A stretch of DNA of 64,000 nt from a virus (IMGVR_UViG_3300039210_000318:9095-73094); one strand, 5' to 3'; shown: positions 28,573 through 39,619, counted from the stretch's first letter. The notes: generated by a model not told the origin, from the sequence alone. Made by a program: numbers and translations.

Positions 28573-29018
28573 CCGAGGAGGAGACTGACTCTTTTGACCT
28601 GACCACGCTGCATCGCTACCCGGTAGGCGAGGTACCGGTGACGTTCGGCTTCCTCGTCACGAAGCTACAGGCGGCAGCCTACGGCGTGGGCTACATGCAC
28701 GGACTGATGGCGCGCAAGAAGCGCGAGCCGGGAGCAAGCTATGTCTCCGACCGGTTGCGCCGCGAACTATTCGCGGCGCACGAGCGCGACATGGAGCGCG
28801 TCGCCAAGCTGCGGACGGCTTTGGACAGCCTCGACTCCTTCGTGGACTGGCTGCTGCCGCCGCCGGAGGAGCAGGGCGAGGACGTGCGCCGGCAGCGTGA
28901 CTACCAGGCCATGCGCACCGCCGCCGCGCTGGCCGAGCCTACGCCGGTACCGCCACCGCCTCCATTGATACCGGCTCCGGGCCATGAGCCAGGACCCCCG
29001 TTGGATGGGGCATCGTGA
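28569..29018 (+). CDS. Hypothetical protein
   Basis: ATGA-coupled ORF within the operon. Confidence 0.5.
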   Translation: MTEEETDSFDLTTLHRYPVGEVPVTFGFLVTKLQAAAYGVGYMHGLMARKKREPGASYVSDRLRRELFAAHERDMERVAKLRTALDSLDSFVDWLLPPPEEQGEDVRRQRDYQAMRTAAALAEPTPVPPPPPLIPAPGHEPGPPLDGAS

Positions 29019-29355
29019 AGACGCACGTGCCGACCTCGTTTGGCTCGAAGGAGCCTGTCGCCCGGAAGCGTACCGACGTGCCCTTCACCAGGCCATCAAA
29101 GGTGAATGGCTCCGGTATGTCGCTGACCTCGATCTTGACTTGCTCGCCGCGCACCTGGACGGCCAGCCTGGCCTCCCTCAATGGCGACAGCGTCGGACCG
29201 TGGAGCGTGACGGCGGCAACATACCGCCTGCCTGCGCACCGGAACGACACATCCGGGTCATCGCTACACCATTCTGCTCCCATGGGCATACCCCTCTCAA
29301 CGTGCGCCGCCGACATGAGGCGGCTAGCAGCGCCAGTATACAGAAAGGCATTGGC

Positions 29356-29727
29356 ATGGCGAAAGCCAGGAAGGTAGGAGGCTGGATCGTGTTGGAGAAG
29401 GACTTCGCGCCACGCGGCGCCTGGATTAACTACCGCAATTGGAAGGGGAGGTTGGCGCGCCGATACATCCAGCCGCACACGCTCATCTTCGGCAAGTCGC
29501 GCTGGCACAACGAGGAGCAATGGCTGCTGGTCGCCCGCGACCTGGAGGAGCACAAGGTGAAGACCTTCGCTATGTCCGGCATCCTCTGCTGGTCCACGAC
29601 GCCGGAAGGGCTGCCGCCCCTGCCGGAGGAGCCCGCGCCGCCCTGGGAGGAAACCCGAGCAGTCGTGATAGAGGAAAACGTTGGCGATCCCTTGGTGCCG
29701 CTCGTCGCCGAAGGGGAGCCGTCGTGA
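29356..29727 (+). CDS. Stand-alone WYL-like domain protein
   Basis: INYRNWKG..R.IQP..WH..QWLLVARD..KTF motif; AGAAAGG RBS. Confidence 0.6.
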   Translation: MAKARKVGGWIVLEKDFAPRGAWINYRNWKGRLARRYIQPHTLIFGKSRWHNEEQWLLVARDLEEHKVKTFAMSGILCWSTTPEGLPPLPEEPAPPWEETRAVVIEENVGDPLVPLVAEGEPS

Positions 29728-30133
29728 CCGTCTACGTCGATCCAATCTTCCTGGCCGTGCCCCGTACCGCCCAGGCCCGGCGCCACGGAGAGGCCTGGTG
29801 CCACTTAACTGCCGATACCCCGGAGGAGTTGCACGCCTTCGCGGCGCGCCTGGGTATGAAGCGACTCTGGGCGCAGCGCGAGGAGCGCGGCTACGGGTTG
29901 CATTACGACATCATTCCGAGCAAGAGAGCGCTGGCGGTGCGCCTGGGGCGCAGGAGCAGACCGCCCTGGAGGCTGCCGATCGGCTCATGGCCGATGCCCG
30001 CGCCTGGCGCGCGGGGCAGGCCGTCGTGTCACCGGCTGAGCAGGACGGCGTGCTCGCCGGGCAAATGCCCGCGCCAGCGCCGTGCGCAATAGAGGCTACA
30101 GAATGTGGACCCCGGCGTGCGCCGCTCTGCTAG
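29724..30133 (+). CDS. DUF4031-family protein (apparent frameshift near 29945)
   Basis: VYVD, WCHLTAD..ELHAFAARLG, HYDI and RALAVRLG motifs; the C-terminus continues in the neighbouring frame. Confidence 0.7.
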
Positions 30134-30668
30134 GTGGCGCCCGCAGCCCATGCAGCAGACCGACTCGCCGGGGTGCTCCCGGTAATAGCGGCGCCGGTGG
30201 GAGATGCAGCACCAGTCCTGGTAGAGCGCCGAGCAGAGAAACCCCTGCTCGCACAATTGGCAACGCCCGACCTCGGCAATGCGTAGCACCGCTTCGGCCC
30301 ATGCCTGGCCGTTCTCGCCGCCCGGCTGCAATTTGGCCGCGGCCAGCGCCGGCCAGGCATGCCGGTGGCCGCAGAGATGGGCCAGGACGCGCGCGTAGCG
30401 GCGCAAGAGCACGTCCGGAGCATCGTCGGTAGGGGGCAAGTAGGGGAGGAGCAGCGCCGGTACCCGCAGCCTGGTGACGTCGACCAGGATTGGCCCGAAC
30501 TCCCGCCATGGCGGTAACACCGTAGACACTCCCTCCGCTCCGGGCCAGCATAACCCCGCACTCCGCTTTCTTGCTTACTGAAACGGCTAGCCAATATGGA
30601 CGTAACCCGCCCTGCGGTTAGGCTGCTGCTATCGTGACCTTGGCAACAATCTAGAGGGAGGCTTAACA

Positions 30669-31259
30669 ATGCAACTGGTCGCAGCGCCTACGTACTCTCC
30701 TCGCACGGAGACCCTGAGCGTCGAGCAAAGGGACGAGGTGCGGCGCCAGTTGCGGCGGTACCTCGGCTACCCCTTCACCGCTGGCAAGGAGGAGAGCGAG
30801 CCGCTCTTGCTGCCCCTATTCTGGGACGTGGAACTGACGCTGCCGGCAGCGGCGGTAGCCGACGACGCCAGCCTGGCATACCGGCGCGGTCTGGGACCGA
30901 ATGGCAGCCTGGACGAGCAACCGGTGGTGCGGGCCATGCGCCGCGCCGGGGACGAAGCCAGCCTGGTGACGATTTGCCGACCTGCGCACGTCTCGGTGCC
31001 CTACCACGAGGTGGCGCGCATGCTGGACAGCATGCCGACGCACCTGGCGTCGTCTTTGCGCGCGTCGGTGGTCCGACGCAAGGGCGATACCTGGCTGTCC
31101 GTGCGCTGGCATACCAGCCGCCAACAGATCAACGGCTGGGTACAGGAAGGTCTTGACGTCCTGGCCGACATGGTGTACGGCGACCGCTGGCTCGACCGCT
31201 CCCAGGTGGCTTCGCTGCGCGTGCTGAACGGTGGCCGGCGCGACGAGCGCGCCGCTTGA
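30669..31259 (+). CDS. Hypothetical protein (possible transcriptional regulator)
   Basis: GAGGGAGG RBS; C-terminal HTH-like segment. Confidence 0.5.
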   Translation: MQLVAAPTYSPRTETLSVEQRDEVRRQLRRYLGYPFTAGKEESEPLLLPLFWDVELTLPAAAVADDASLAYRRGLGPNGSLDEQPVVRAMRRAGDEASLVTICRPAHVSVPYHEVARMLDSMPTHLASSLRASVVRRKGDTWLSVRWHTSRQQINGWVQEGLDVLADMVYGDRWLDRSQVASLRVLNGGRRDERAA

Positions 31260-31944
31260 CCGCCTTCCTGCTGGCGTATATCCTGACGCAACGGTATACT
31301 ACCAACCCCGGTAGCGATGCGGCGAGCGCCGTATCCGGACCCGGAGGCATGGAGGACACCGTTGTGCAGACCCTACGCGACCACGAGCGCCCTGGGGCAG
31401 ACGACCTATTGCTCGCCGTGGGCGCAGCCGAGACGGCAGGCCAGGACACCGGCCTGGACGAGTTTGCCCAGAGCGATCTGGGTCACTACCGGATGCTGAT
31501 CGCCGCCGACCTCTACAAGCTGCGCGGGCACGCCGAGGAACTCCCCCACTCGCCCCGGCTCGCGGCTATACACAGCGCGCTCGCACCCATCATCGCCCGC
31601 TCCCCGTCCTCGCTGATTATGCAGGGCACGTCGGTGACGCTCATGCCGACCCGGCAGTTCCGGGAGGAGGTTGACCGCGTCCTGGCCTGCTGGGCCGACG
31701 CCCTCTGGCTCACCATCGACTGGCCGGCGCGCGACCGTCTGTCCCACCTCGGGCCGGACCTCATGCGCCTGCACGTCCATCTGGACGACCTGCACCTCAT
31801 CATCCTCGGCCCCCGGCCGCTCCCCGAAGGGGCTATGCCAGCCTAGTACCTTCGGCGCCCTGGCCCGCCGTACTGGCGTATACCGTAGCGTAGCGGTATA
31901 GTGCTGGTACGGCGTTTTGGCCGTAGGAACAAAGGAGAGAGACA

Positions 31945-32150
31945 TGGCGCTCAACCCAACCCTGACCCCGGAGGAGCGAGAGGCAGCCGATACCCGCATT
32001 GTGGCAGCCTACGACCGCTATGACGTGGCGTTCCGCGCCGCCAAGAAGCGGGGCGACTATCGCACCGCCAGCGTCAACAAGGTCCTACGCGACGATCTGG
32101 CTCCGGCCATGGAAGCCATCATGCGCCGACGCGCCGGTAAGGGGGCATAG
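31945..32150 (+). CDS. Hypothetical protein behind a conserved promoter cassette
   Basis: Promoter/operator at 31874-31902, leader hairpin and AAAGGAG RBS. Confidence 0.6.
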
Positions 32151-32151
32151 G

Positions 32152-32547
32152 ATGCTGCAGACGAACGACCTCCTGGTGCAGTCCCGCGCCGCGCTCATTG
32201 GCAAGCAGCGCACCCTCCACGAGCGGCGCGCGGAATACCGGCAGCAGGTGGCCGACCTGATTGCCGAGCTACGCCTGCACTACGACGCCGTTGAGGCGTC
32301 GGAGCGCCGGAACAACGCCCTCAACACGCCCCTACATTGCCTGCCATCCTTAACCGGCACGCTCGCCACCATTCCTTCCCTGGTGGTGGCTCAAATGCAG
32401 TGGAACTGCATGGCCGACGCCCAGAACGGCGAGCGAGGCTCCCTCAGGCTGCTCCAGGACACCGTGAACGAGGACCAGCGCGTCCTGGAGCGCCAAGCCA
32501 ATGCTCGCGCCGAGCGCATGATCGCCATCAGCAGAAAGGCAGACTGA
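32152..32547 (+). CDS. Hypothetical coiled-coil protein
   Basis: ATG at 32152 in the 31999-32547 frame. Confidence 0.5.
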   Translation: MLQTNDLLVQSRAALIGKQRTLHERRAEYRQQVADLIAELRLHYDAVEASERRNNALNTPLHCLPSLTGTLATIPSLVVAQMQWNCMADAQNGERGSLRLLQDTVNEDQRVLERQANARAERMIAISRKAD

Positions 32548-33098
32548 TGCCCGACGTAACCGTGAAGTTTGTCAAGACCATCAGCACCGGCGTGCGCCGC
32601 CTGAAAATGCTCTCGCCCTATAACCCGGACCTGCCCGCGCGGGCCCGGGAGTTGGGTGGCTCCTGGGACTCCACGGCCCAGGCCTGGTACTTCGACCCCC
32701 GCGACGAGGAGCGCGTCCGCGCGCTCGCCCTCGCCATCTACGGCAGTGACGGCTCCGGCGCGCCGGTCGCCACCATGGATCTCCGCGTCGACCTGGACGC
32801 CCTGCCGCGCACCGACTACCCGCGCTACCAGCCGCTCTGGCTCGGCGGCCGCTGCGTCGTAGAGCGCAGGGACCGGGACCGCCACGTCATCCTGGGCGAT
32901 GGCGTGGTGACCATCAGCGGTGGCTTCACCCCGCGCGGTGGTAGCCGCGCCAACCCCTCCTGGGACGCCGATACCGGCACGGTGTTGGAGGTCCGCGACG
33001 TGCCGGTACCGCTGGGCGAGGCAGCCATTGCCGCCTGCCCCGCCGCCATTACCCGCGTGCTGCCGGCAGCGGCCGGCGCGACCACCGAGGAGGAGTGA
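32547..33098 (+). CDS. Hypothetical protein with an SPYN..ARELGG.WD..W (DUF5710-like) domain
   Basis: Motif recognition; AGAAAGG RBS. Confidence 0.55.
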   Translation: MPDVTVKFVKTISTGVRRLKMLSPYNPDLPARARELGGSWDSTAQAWYFDPRDEERVRALALAIYGSDGSGAPVATMDLRVDLDALPRTDYPRYQPLWLGGRCVVERRDRDRHVILGDGVVTISGGFTPRGGSRANPSWDADTGTVLEVRDVPVPLGEAAIAACPAAITRVLPAAAGATTEEE

Positions 33099-33100
33099 CC

Positions 33101-33301
33101 CTACCGGGTGCGCTCCTTTGCCGCCTGGCGTTCTCGCTCCCGCTCCTCGATGTAGGCGTCGATCGACGCCACCGGGATCAGGACGGCGCGCCCGGCGCGC
33201 TCCGACGCCAGCGCCCCGCTGGCGACTAACTCATAGGTCCGGCTCGCTGAACGCCCCAGGCGCACCGCCGCCTCTGTGACCGTCAGATAGCCTGGTATCA
33301 C
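33101..33301 (-). CDS. Excisionase-like HTH_17 DNA-binding protein
   Basis: YLTVTEAAVRLGRS..YELVASGAL..RAGRAVLIP; GAGAGGAGG RBS. Confidence 0.8.
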   Translation of the reverse strand: MIPGYLTVTEAAVRLGRSASRTYELVASGALASERAGRAVLIPVASIDAYIEERERERQAAKERTR

Positions 33302-33684
33302 CCGCCGCCTCCTCTCAACCTCAACAGGACGAGTGTACGTTGCTCCCCCCGGCCCGCGTCACGCTTGCCGGAATATGGTACGGTATTACGGTAAAGGACG
33401 CTCGCGCGCTGGACGCGCAGCAAGCAACGAAAGGGGAAGGACATGGCATCTATCGGCTCTACCGGCTGGCTACCGGCAGAGGGAGCAACCCGCCCGTTTT
33501 GTGAGAAGCACCTGCCTGGCCGGCCGGTGACTCGCTTCGAGGAGGACGCCATCTTGACTCGGTACACCTGCCAGCGCTGCGGCGCCGGGTTCACCATGTG
33601 GTCGCCGTTGCCGACCTACGAGGAGCGCCGGCCACGGGCGCCCAGGGGCAGCCGGCGCGCGCCGGTAGGCAGCGGGGTGCGCTG

Positions 33685-33990
33685 ATGGCGGTGTCCATTT
33701 ATACCGAGGTCTTGCGCGAGCAGGAACGCCTGCGACCGCAGATGGGCCCGAGCCACCTCCCGTCCCAGTTCTGGCTCGGCGTGCTGACCGAGGACCTCGG
33801 CCGCGCCGGCGTGGCGGCCGGTGGGGGCAATTGGCAGCACTACCGCTCGGAGTTGCTCTCGGTGGCCGCCCTGGCGGTCATGGCCCTGGAGCAGCATGAC
33901 ACCGCCGTCAGGGTAGAGCACGAGGCAAAGCGCCGGACAGGCGCGCTGCCGGCCAAACGGCCGTCGGTGCCGGCCATCAAGGGACAATAG
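33685..33990 (+). CDS. MazG-like all-alpha protein (degenerate)
   Basis: E..RE..W..VLTED.G..R.EL..VAALA pattern. Confidence 0.5.
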   Translation: MAVSIYTEVLREQERLRPQMGPSHLPSQFWLGVLTEDLGRAGVAAGGGNWQHYRSELLSVAALAVMALEQHDTAVRVEHEAKRRTGALPAKRPSVPAIKGQ

Positions 33991-34133
33991 GCTCCGGACA
34001 CGACGAAGGATGGTCGGCGTGTACCTGGCGCACGGGAAACGGCGCCAGCCGACCATCCTTCGTCGCGCAGGCCCGGACGTACAAGACACACCGAGCCGTG
34101 CTCGGGGCAAGGATAGCACGAAAGGCACACCTC

Positions 34134-34484
34134 ATGAGCTTTGACGTCGACCTGCATTGCAAGACCTGCCAACGGCCCTTCACGGTTGACCTTCACACCG
34201 AAGGAGGAACCTATGCCGTTGGCGGCATCACCGAGTCCTCCCTGAATATCACCTACAACTACTCGCCCCACTTCTATGCGATGCTGGGTCCGAAGGGGCT
34301 GAGTGAGTTGCAGGACCGCACCGGAGCCGACACCGACGCCGTGCTGACCCAGGCCGTCGTGCGGCTGGGCACCGAGCGCTCGCGCGACTATTGGGAGCCG
34401 ACCCCCGGCAACGCCGGCCACGCCCTCAATATCCTGCTGGGCTGGGCCAGACAGCACCCTGATGGCGTCTGGGACGTGCGGTAG
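34134..34484 (+). CDS. Conserved phage hypothetical protein
   Basis: NITYNYS..YWEPTPGNA..W..HPDG.W motif; GAAAGG RBS. Confidence 0.6.
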   Translation: MSFDVDLHCKTCQRPFTVDLHTEGGTYAVGGITESSLNITYNYSPHFYAMLGPKGLSELQDRTGADTDAVLTQAVVRLGTERSRDYWEPTPGNAGHALNILLGWARQHPDGVWDVR

Positions 34485-34934
34485 TCGGAGGACGGGCTTG
34501 AGCATGCAAGACGCATATGAAACGCTGGTGGCCGAGCACGCCCACCAGTGGTCCCTGTGCTACGCCAGCGGCGGCTGGCGAGCCGTGTGCTTCTGCGGTC
34601 TCGGCGTGACGGTGTTGGAGTTCGGCGCCGGCCGTAGCCACTGGGAATGGTTCATGGACGGGGGTGCTCCCCCGCACCCCAATATCATCCTCGCCGCCCT
34701 CTCCGGCGTGGCGACCGCCCGACGCCAGCAGGTGGAGACCGAGGCTCGCGCCGAGGTGCGCCTGTGTGAAATGGCGGCGCGGGCTGCCGCGGCCGAAATG
34801 GCAGCCAGGCGGGCGAGACGCGGCGGCTAGTACCGCTGCCCCCTACCATTGGCGGTGCGCTGGCGTATACCGTTGCGTAGCGGTATAGTGCTGGTACCGG
34901 CATGCGCCGGTAGCAAGAGAGAGGACCGACCGCC

Positions 34935-35294
34935 ATGGCCGACATCCTGGGGACACCCCCCTTCGCGCGCTCCAAGCACAGCATCACCGACCTGCCATAT
35001 AGCCGGGAGAGCTTCGATCCGCAGCTTGACCACGCCCCCCGCTTCGACCTGCTCACCGTGCCGGGGGTGGGCTATACCTCCCTTTCCCTGCTGCCGACCG
35101 GCAGCGATAGCGCCTACCCCGACGCCCAGATCCTGGCCGAGGTGCGGCTCTACGAGAGCGACGCCTTCGGCAAGCCGGTCGTGAGCATCTTCCTGAAAAG
35201 CCAGGGCTTTATGCACGCCAGGGACGCGCGCATGCTGGCCTCCTTGCTCAACCGCGCGGCGACCATGGCCGAACTGGCAGAGGGGGGAGCATAG
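34935..35294 (+). CDS. Hypothetical protein behind a conserved promoter
   Basis: Promoter/operator at 34861-34889; GAGGA RBS. Confidence 0.55.
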   Translation: MADILGTPPFARSKHSITDLPYSRESFDPQLDHAPRFDLLTVPGVGYTSLSLLPTGSDSAYPDAQILAEVRLYESDAFGKPVVSIFLKSQGFMHARDARMLASLLNRAATMAELAEGGA

Positions 35295-35295
35295 G

Positions 35296-36078
35296 ATGGC
35301 CCTCTACCACTGCCGCTTCAGCAACCGGCGCGACGCGACGCTGCCGCGCCGGGTGGCCGTCAGTACCGACGGTGACAGCCGGGGCAAGCTCAAGGTAGCG
35401 ATCCTGGCGGGCTGTGCGCTACCGGCCTCCATGCTGCGCGCCGTGCTCGCCGCCACCGCCTTGACCGACCCGGCCTGGTTGCCGACCTGCCTGCGCGCGC
35501 ACCAGCAGCGCGTCCATCCATACGAGGTTGAGCGGTACAACGGCCGCAGCGGCAACTACGACCTGCGCATCCGCTACGCCCGCGACCCGACCATGGGCGA
35601 CTACCCGGTAGGGGGCAGCTTGCACGTCTCCATGTACGGCAAGCTGAACGAAGGCGTCGACCTCGCCAACTGCGACGTGCCGCCGCTCCTGGCGTCCCTC
35701 TACGCCGCGGTACCGCAGGAGGAAGCGAGCCTCGAACTCATGGACGCCTACGTGGCGGGGACCATGCACGACGCCGCGACGGAGGATGCGGCAGCCCTGA
35801 CCGCCCTCGTCGTCGGCGCCCCGGCTGCTCCGCTGGAGGAGCAGGTGCGGATTGACGCCGCGCTGCTGCACCGGTTGGGTGCCTGCGAGGACGGTATCAC
35901 CGTCTTTTCCAGCCTCTACCCCTCCGGCGTCCTCGTCACGCCGGACAGCATCGCGGCGGACCTCCTGCACGCCCGCCTCTACCTGCCGGAGTCGTTGCTG
36001 CTCTGGGCAGGCATTCCCCGCCAGATGGCACCCGAGGGAGCCTACGCCGCGCTGATCCATCTGGCGGGGCTGCGCTGA
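35296..36078 (+). CDS. Hypothetical protein
   Basis: 260-aa ORF coupled to the previous gene. Confidence 0.55.
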   Translation: MALYHCRFSNRRDATLPRRVAVSTDGDSRGKLKVAILAGCALPASMLRAVLAATALTDPAWLPTCLRAHQQRVHPYEVERYNGRSGNYDLRIRYARDPTMGDYPVGGSLHVSMYGKLNEGVDLANCDVPPLLASLYAAVPQEEASLELMDAYVAGTMHDAATEDAAALTALVVGAPAAPLEEQVRIDAALLHRLGACEDGITVFSSLYPSGVLVTPDSIAADLLHARLYLPESLLLWAGIPRQMAPEGAYAALIHLAGLR

Positions 36079-36150
36079 CGTTATACCGTTACGTAGCGGT
36101 ATACTATAGGAGAGCGGCGGGCGACTCGCCAGCCCGCCGCCGGAGGAGAC

Positions 36151-36852
36151 ATGGATAGCCCTTTACTGCTGGTCGTTGACCCTTCTCCCCTGCGCCGAGC
36201 CGGTATGGCGGGCCTGCTGGCGCCGCTGGCCGAGTCGTGCGCGGTCCCCACCGTGCATCACCTGACTCCGGACACGCCGGAGCCGGACGCCCTCCTCTAC
36301 ACGCATGCCCCCGGCGTGCTCTCGCCCTTGACCGCGCTGGCGACGCTGCGCAACCGCTGGCACGGCCTGCCCGCCATCCTCGTCTACGCCGAGCCGCTCT
36401 CCGAGGAGCAGGCTTTCGCCGCGCTGCGCGTCGGCTACAACGGTGGCCTGGACGTCGCAGCCCCGGCCGACGCCTGGCTGGGTACCGCCGCCACCGTCAT
36501 GCGCGGCGGCTATGCCTGGACGGAGCCGGCGGTCTGGCTCATAGAGCCGGCCGTGTCCCCGGAAACGGTCTTCCGGCACACCCCTGCCCGCCAGGAAGTG
36601 CAACGCTACTGCCCCCTGTCCAGGTCTGAATTGCGCGTCATGGACCTGATAGCCCGCGGCTACGACCATGCCGAGGTCGCCCGTCATATCGGGATCACCG
36701 TGCATACGATAAAGAACCAGGTCAACCGGGTGCTCCGCGTCCTCCATTGTGGCAATGCCGTCCACGCCGTGGCGTATTGCCTCGAACGCGGCTGGCTCGT
36801 GGACTGCACGTGGGAGGAGCCGCTCCGCATGCTCACCGAGAAAGGAGCCTAG
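36151..36852 (+). CDS. NarL/LuxR-family regulator (degenerate receiver plus LuxR HTH)
   Basis: LLVVDP..RAG; PLSRSELRVMDLIARGY..EVA..TIKNQV..L..N..HAV motif; own conserved promoter at 36077-36105. Confidence 0.8.
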   Translation: MDSPLLLVVDPSPLRRAGMAGLLAPLAESCAVPTVHHLTPDTPEPDALLYTHAPGVLSPLTALATLRNRWHGLPAILVYAEPLSEEQAFAALRVGYNGGLDVAAPADAWLGTAATVMRGGYAWTEPAVWLIEPAVSPETVFRHTPARQEVQRYCPLSRSELRVMDLIARGYDHAEVARHIGITVHTIKNQVNRVLRVLHCGNAVHAVAYCLERGWLVDCTWEEPLRMLTEKGA

Positions 36853-36854
36853 CC

Positions 36855-37148
36855 ATGACTATCTGCGACCTCTGCGGCGAGCCGATGGACGGCCGGCCCT
36901 GCCCGGCCATGGTGCTGCCGATCGGCCGCTACATCTACCGGCGCCTGTCCTTTGGCGAGGAGGAATGGTCCCGCGAGCACTACGCGGCTACCGGCCACCC
37001 CGACCACTGCCACGACTGCCTTACTCCGTGGGGAGGCACGCACCATTGGGGTTGTGATTTAGAACAATGCCCCCACTGCCTGGGCCAACTGCTCTCCTGC
37101 GACTGCGACGTGCTGCAGCCCGCAGACGACGAGGAAGCGGTTGGCTGA
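36855..37148 (+). CDS. Cys/His-rich hypothetical protein
   Basis: CHDC..HHWGCDLEQCPHC.GQLLSCDC motif. Confidence 0.6.
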   Translation: MTICDLCGEPMDGRPCPAMVLPIGRYIYRRLSFGEEEWSREHYAATGHPDHCHDCLTPWGGTHHWGCDLEQCPHCLGQLLSCDCDVLQPADDEEAVG

Positions 37149-38175
37149 ACCGGCGGTGCGCCTCTACGTCGGAGGACACGCGACCAGCGTCCAGGGGGAG
37201 CGCCAAACGCTCACCGGAGACCGCATGTTCACTGCCGCCAACCGCCCGCACGTCGTGCCCTTCTCCACCGCCGCGCTGGCCGGTATGCACGCCATCCTCG
37301 ACTCGGGCGCCTTCTCCGATGCCCCCGCCGACCGCCTGACGCCGGCAGCGGCCCTGGAGCGCCAGTTAGCCTGGGAGCTGAAAGCCTCGGCGCAATGGGG
37401 CGGCGCGTGGCGCGCCGAGGTGCTCGTCACCTACGACCTGCTCATCGATGAGACCTGGTCGGGCAGGGAGCGCCGGAAGCGCCGCTGGACGGCGGCCGAT
37501 GCCGAGGACGCCGTCGACGTGACCATCGCCGCCGCTGCCTACCTGGCCGGCGCGCGCGCGCGTCTGGCCCCCCGCCGCTTGCTGCTGTCCTGCCAGGGGG
37601 TCAACGCTGTACAGTACCGGCGCTGCCTGGATGGCGTCCTGGCCGTCGCCCAGCCCGTTGACTGGCTGGGTCTGGGCGGCTGGTGTGTGCTGGGACGCTT
37701 CCAGCGGCTGTTGCCGGAGTTCTGGGCGACCCTGCGCCTCTGCCTGCCGGCCGCGGCCGCAGCCGGGCTGCGCCACGTCCATATCTTCGGCGTGCTCTGG
37801 CAGCCCGCACTGGCCGGCCTCTGCTGGCTAGCCGACCAGGTGGGCATGACGGTCAGCACCGATAGCACGGCGCCGGTGCTCGCCTGCACCCGGCGAGACC
37901 CCAAGAAAGCCGGCGTGCGCGCGCCGTACTGGCGTGATAACGTCGAGCATTGGCGCGCCACCCTGGCTACCCTGCGCGACTCTCCCCTCTACCGGGAGCC
38001 GGCCCTACCGGCGCACCAATGGAGCCTGTTCGAGGCTCCGGAAAGGAACGACCCTTGTCCTTCCCCGACACCAAGCCCTGGCAACGCTACGCGCTTGACC
38101 ACCCCATTGCCCGGGCCGACGTTGACGTTTCTCCCTACATCCACCTGGTCCCTCCCCGCCTCGTCGCCGGCCTGA
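37141..38175 (+). CDS. DpdA/TGT-like (deazaguanine transglycosylase fold) protein
   Basis: ILDSGAFSD, QG, LGLGGWC, HIFGV and STDST TGT-barrel motifs. Confidence 0.7.
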   Translation: MAEPAVRLYVGGHATSVQGERQTLTGDRMFTAANRPHVVPFSTAALAGMHAILDSGAFSDAPADRLTPAAALERQLAWELKASAQWGGAWRAEVLVTYDLLIDETWSGRERRKRRWTAADAEDAVDVTIAAAAYLAGARARLAPRRLLLSCQGVNAVQYRRCLDGVLAVAQPVDWLGLGGWCVLGRFQRLLPEFWATLRLCLPAAAAAGLRHVHIFGVLWQPALAGLCWLADQVGMTVSTDSTAPVLACTRRDPKKAGVRAPYWRDNVEHWRATLATLRDSPLYREPALPAHQWSLFEAPERNDPCPSPTPSPGNATRLTTPLPGPTLTFLPTSTWSLPASSPA

Positions 38176-38620
38176 CGGTCAACTATTGAATGGATGCGAT
38201 GGACGGCAAGCCGGTCTGGCTTGCCTCGCTCAGTCGGCGCGACCGCGCCGGCCAGCCGCGCCCTTCCCAGGAGTGGACGCCGGAGGAACGCCGGGAAGGA
38301 CTGCGACTGATGGGACGCATGCTCGCCGGCGTCGGTGACGACACTCACGAGCGGGCCTTCCGCATGCCGCTCACCCTATGCACGCATCGGGTGCTCACCC
38401 CCTCCGAACGGGCATGGCTCCCGGTACGGACGCCGGTCCATCTGGCCGGCGGTCCCCTGGAAATCCTCTACGAGTATGGCTGCGCGGCCACGCCGTCTAC
38501 TCGTCCCTGCTCCCACCCCCGGCCGCACTACCTGACCCCTGGCAGCACGAAGCACTATCTGCTGCGCGACTGCGGCGAGTGCGAGCCGTGCCTGGCCCGC
38601 AGAGCATTGGAGTTTGCGTC

Positions 38621-39103
38621 ATGACCGACTATGGGACGAAGGGCCAAGCGCTGGCCCAGGCGAGCGCCGTGGCGGGACCGCCCCCCGACAAAGGGGACGG
38701 CCGCGCGGTACCGCCGCCGGCCGCCCTGCTGCGGCCGAGCGGCGACCCCTTGCAGGACGTGAAGGGCTGCGTCTACCGCCTAGCCGCGGCCCACGAGCAC
38801 TACGGCGCCGGGGTGGTGACCAGCCGCCTGACCCGGCAGCGTACCGCCGAGTTCCATGAGGCCTGGGCCCGGCTCGCAGCGCATGTAGAAGGGCTGCAGC
38901 GCACGGTCCTTTCCGCGCAGAGCCGAGCGGCGGTGCTCGGCCTGGCCGCGCTGCATGCTGCAGCGTCGGTGTCGTTCCTCTGCGACACGCTCGAAGGGGA
39001 CGGGGATAGCAAAACCGAACGCATGTTGGAAATGATCGGCAGCGCGCTCTCCGACAATCTCAACGCCGACGCCGCGGCGGTAGCGGAGGAGCGGGGGCTA
39101 TGA
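38621..39103 (+). CDS. Hypothetical protein
   Basis: ATGA-coupled ORF within the operon. Confidence 0.45.
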   Translation: MTDYGTKGQALAQASAVAGPPPDKGDGRAVPPPAALLRPSGDPLQDVKGCVYRLAAAHEHYGAGVVTSRLTRQRTAEFHEAWARLAAHVEGLQRTVLSAQSRAAVLGLAALHAAASVSFLCDTLEGDGDSKTERMLEMIGSALSDNLNADAAAVAEERGL

Positions 39104-39310
39104 CCTACGGCATAGTGGTCGGCGCGCGCGTTGAGCAGCGCGTCGGCCCGACGACGTACTACGGGACGGTGGTCGCCCCCGACCCGAACAGGGAGGAGAG
39201 CGTCTGGGTGCGCTGGGACGTACCGCGCGAGGCGGCGGGCATCGGCGTGCGCCGGCGCACGACCTGCCGGATGCAGGACCTGGCGCCCTTCCCCGGAACC
39301 GTCCGGCCCG

Positions 39311-39619
39311 ATGCTGTTTGAAGCCCTCTATGCCAGCGTCCAGCGCGGCGAAGTGCTGCTCATCGATGGTGGCTTCTGTCATTGGCATTTGCGCCGCGAC
39401 GGCCAGGTGACGATCCGGGAGATACTCAGCACGCGCCCCGGAGCGGGCCAGGAAATGCTCGCCTGCCTGCGCCGCACGCCGGGCATGCGCTGCCTGCTGG
39501 CCCGTTGCCCGGCGGACCTGGCGTCGAACGACTGGTACCGGCGTCGGGGCTTCGTCCTGGCGGCAACCGAGACGACGGCACGCGGCAGGCTCCTCAACGT
39601 CTGGCGCTGGGAGCCGTAG
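39311..39619 (+). CDS. GNAT acetyltransferase-like protein
   Basis: GFCHW..TIREI..GAG..SNDWYRRRGF motif. Confidence 0.7.
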   Translation: MLFEALYASVQRGEVLLIDGGFCHWHLRRDGQVTIREILSTRPGAGQEMLACLRRTPGMRCLLARCPADLASNDWYRRRGFVLAATETTARGRLLNVWRWEP

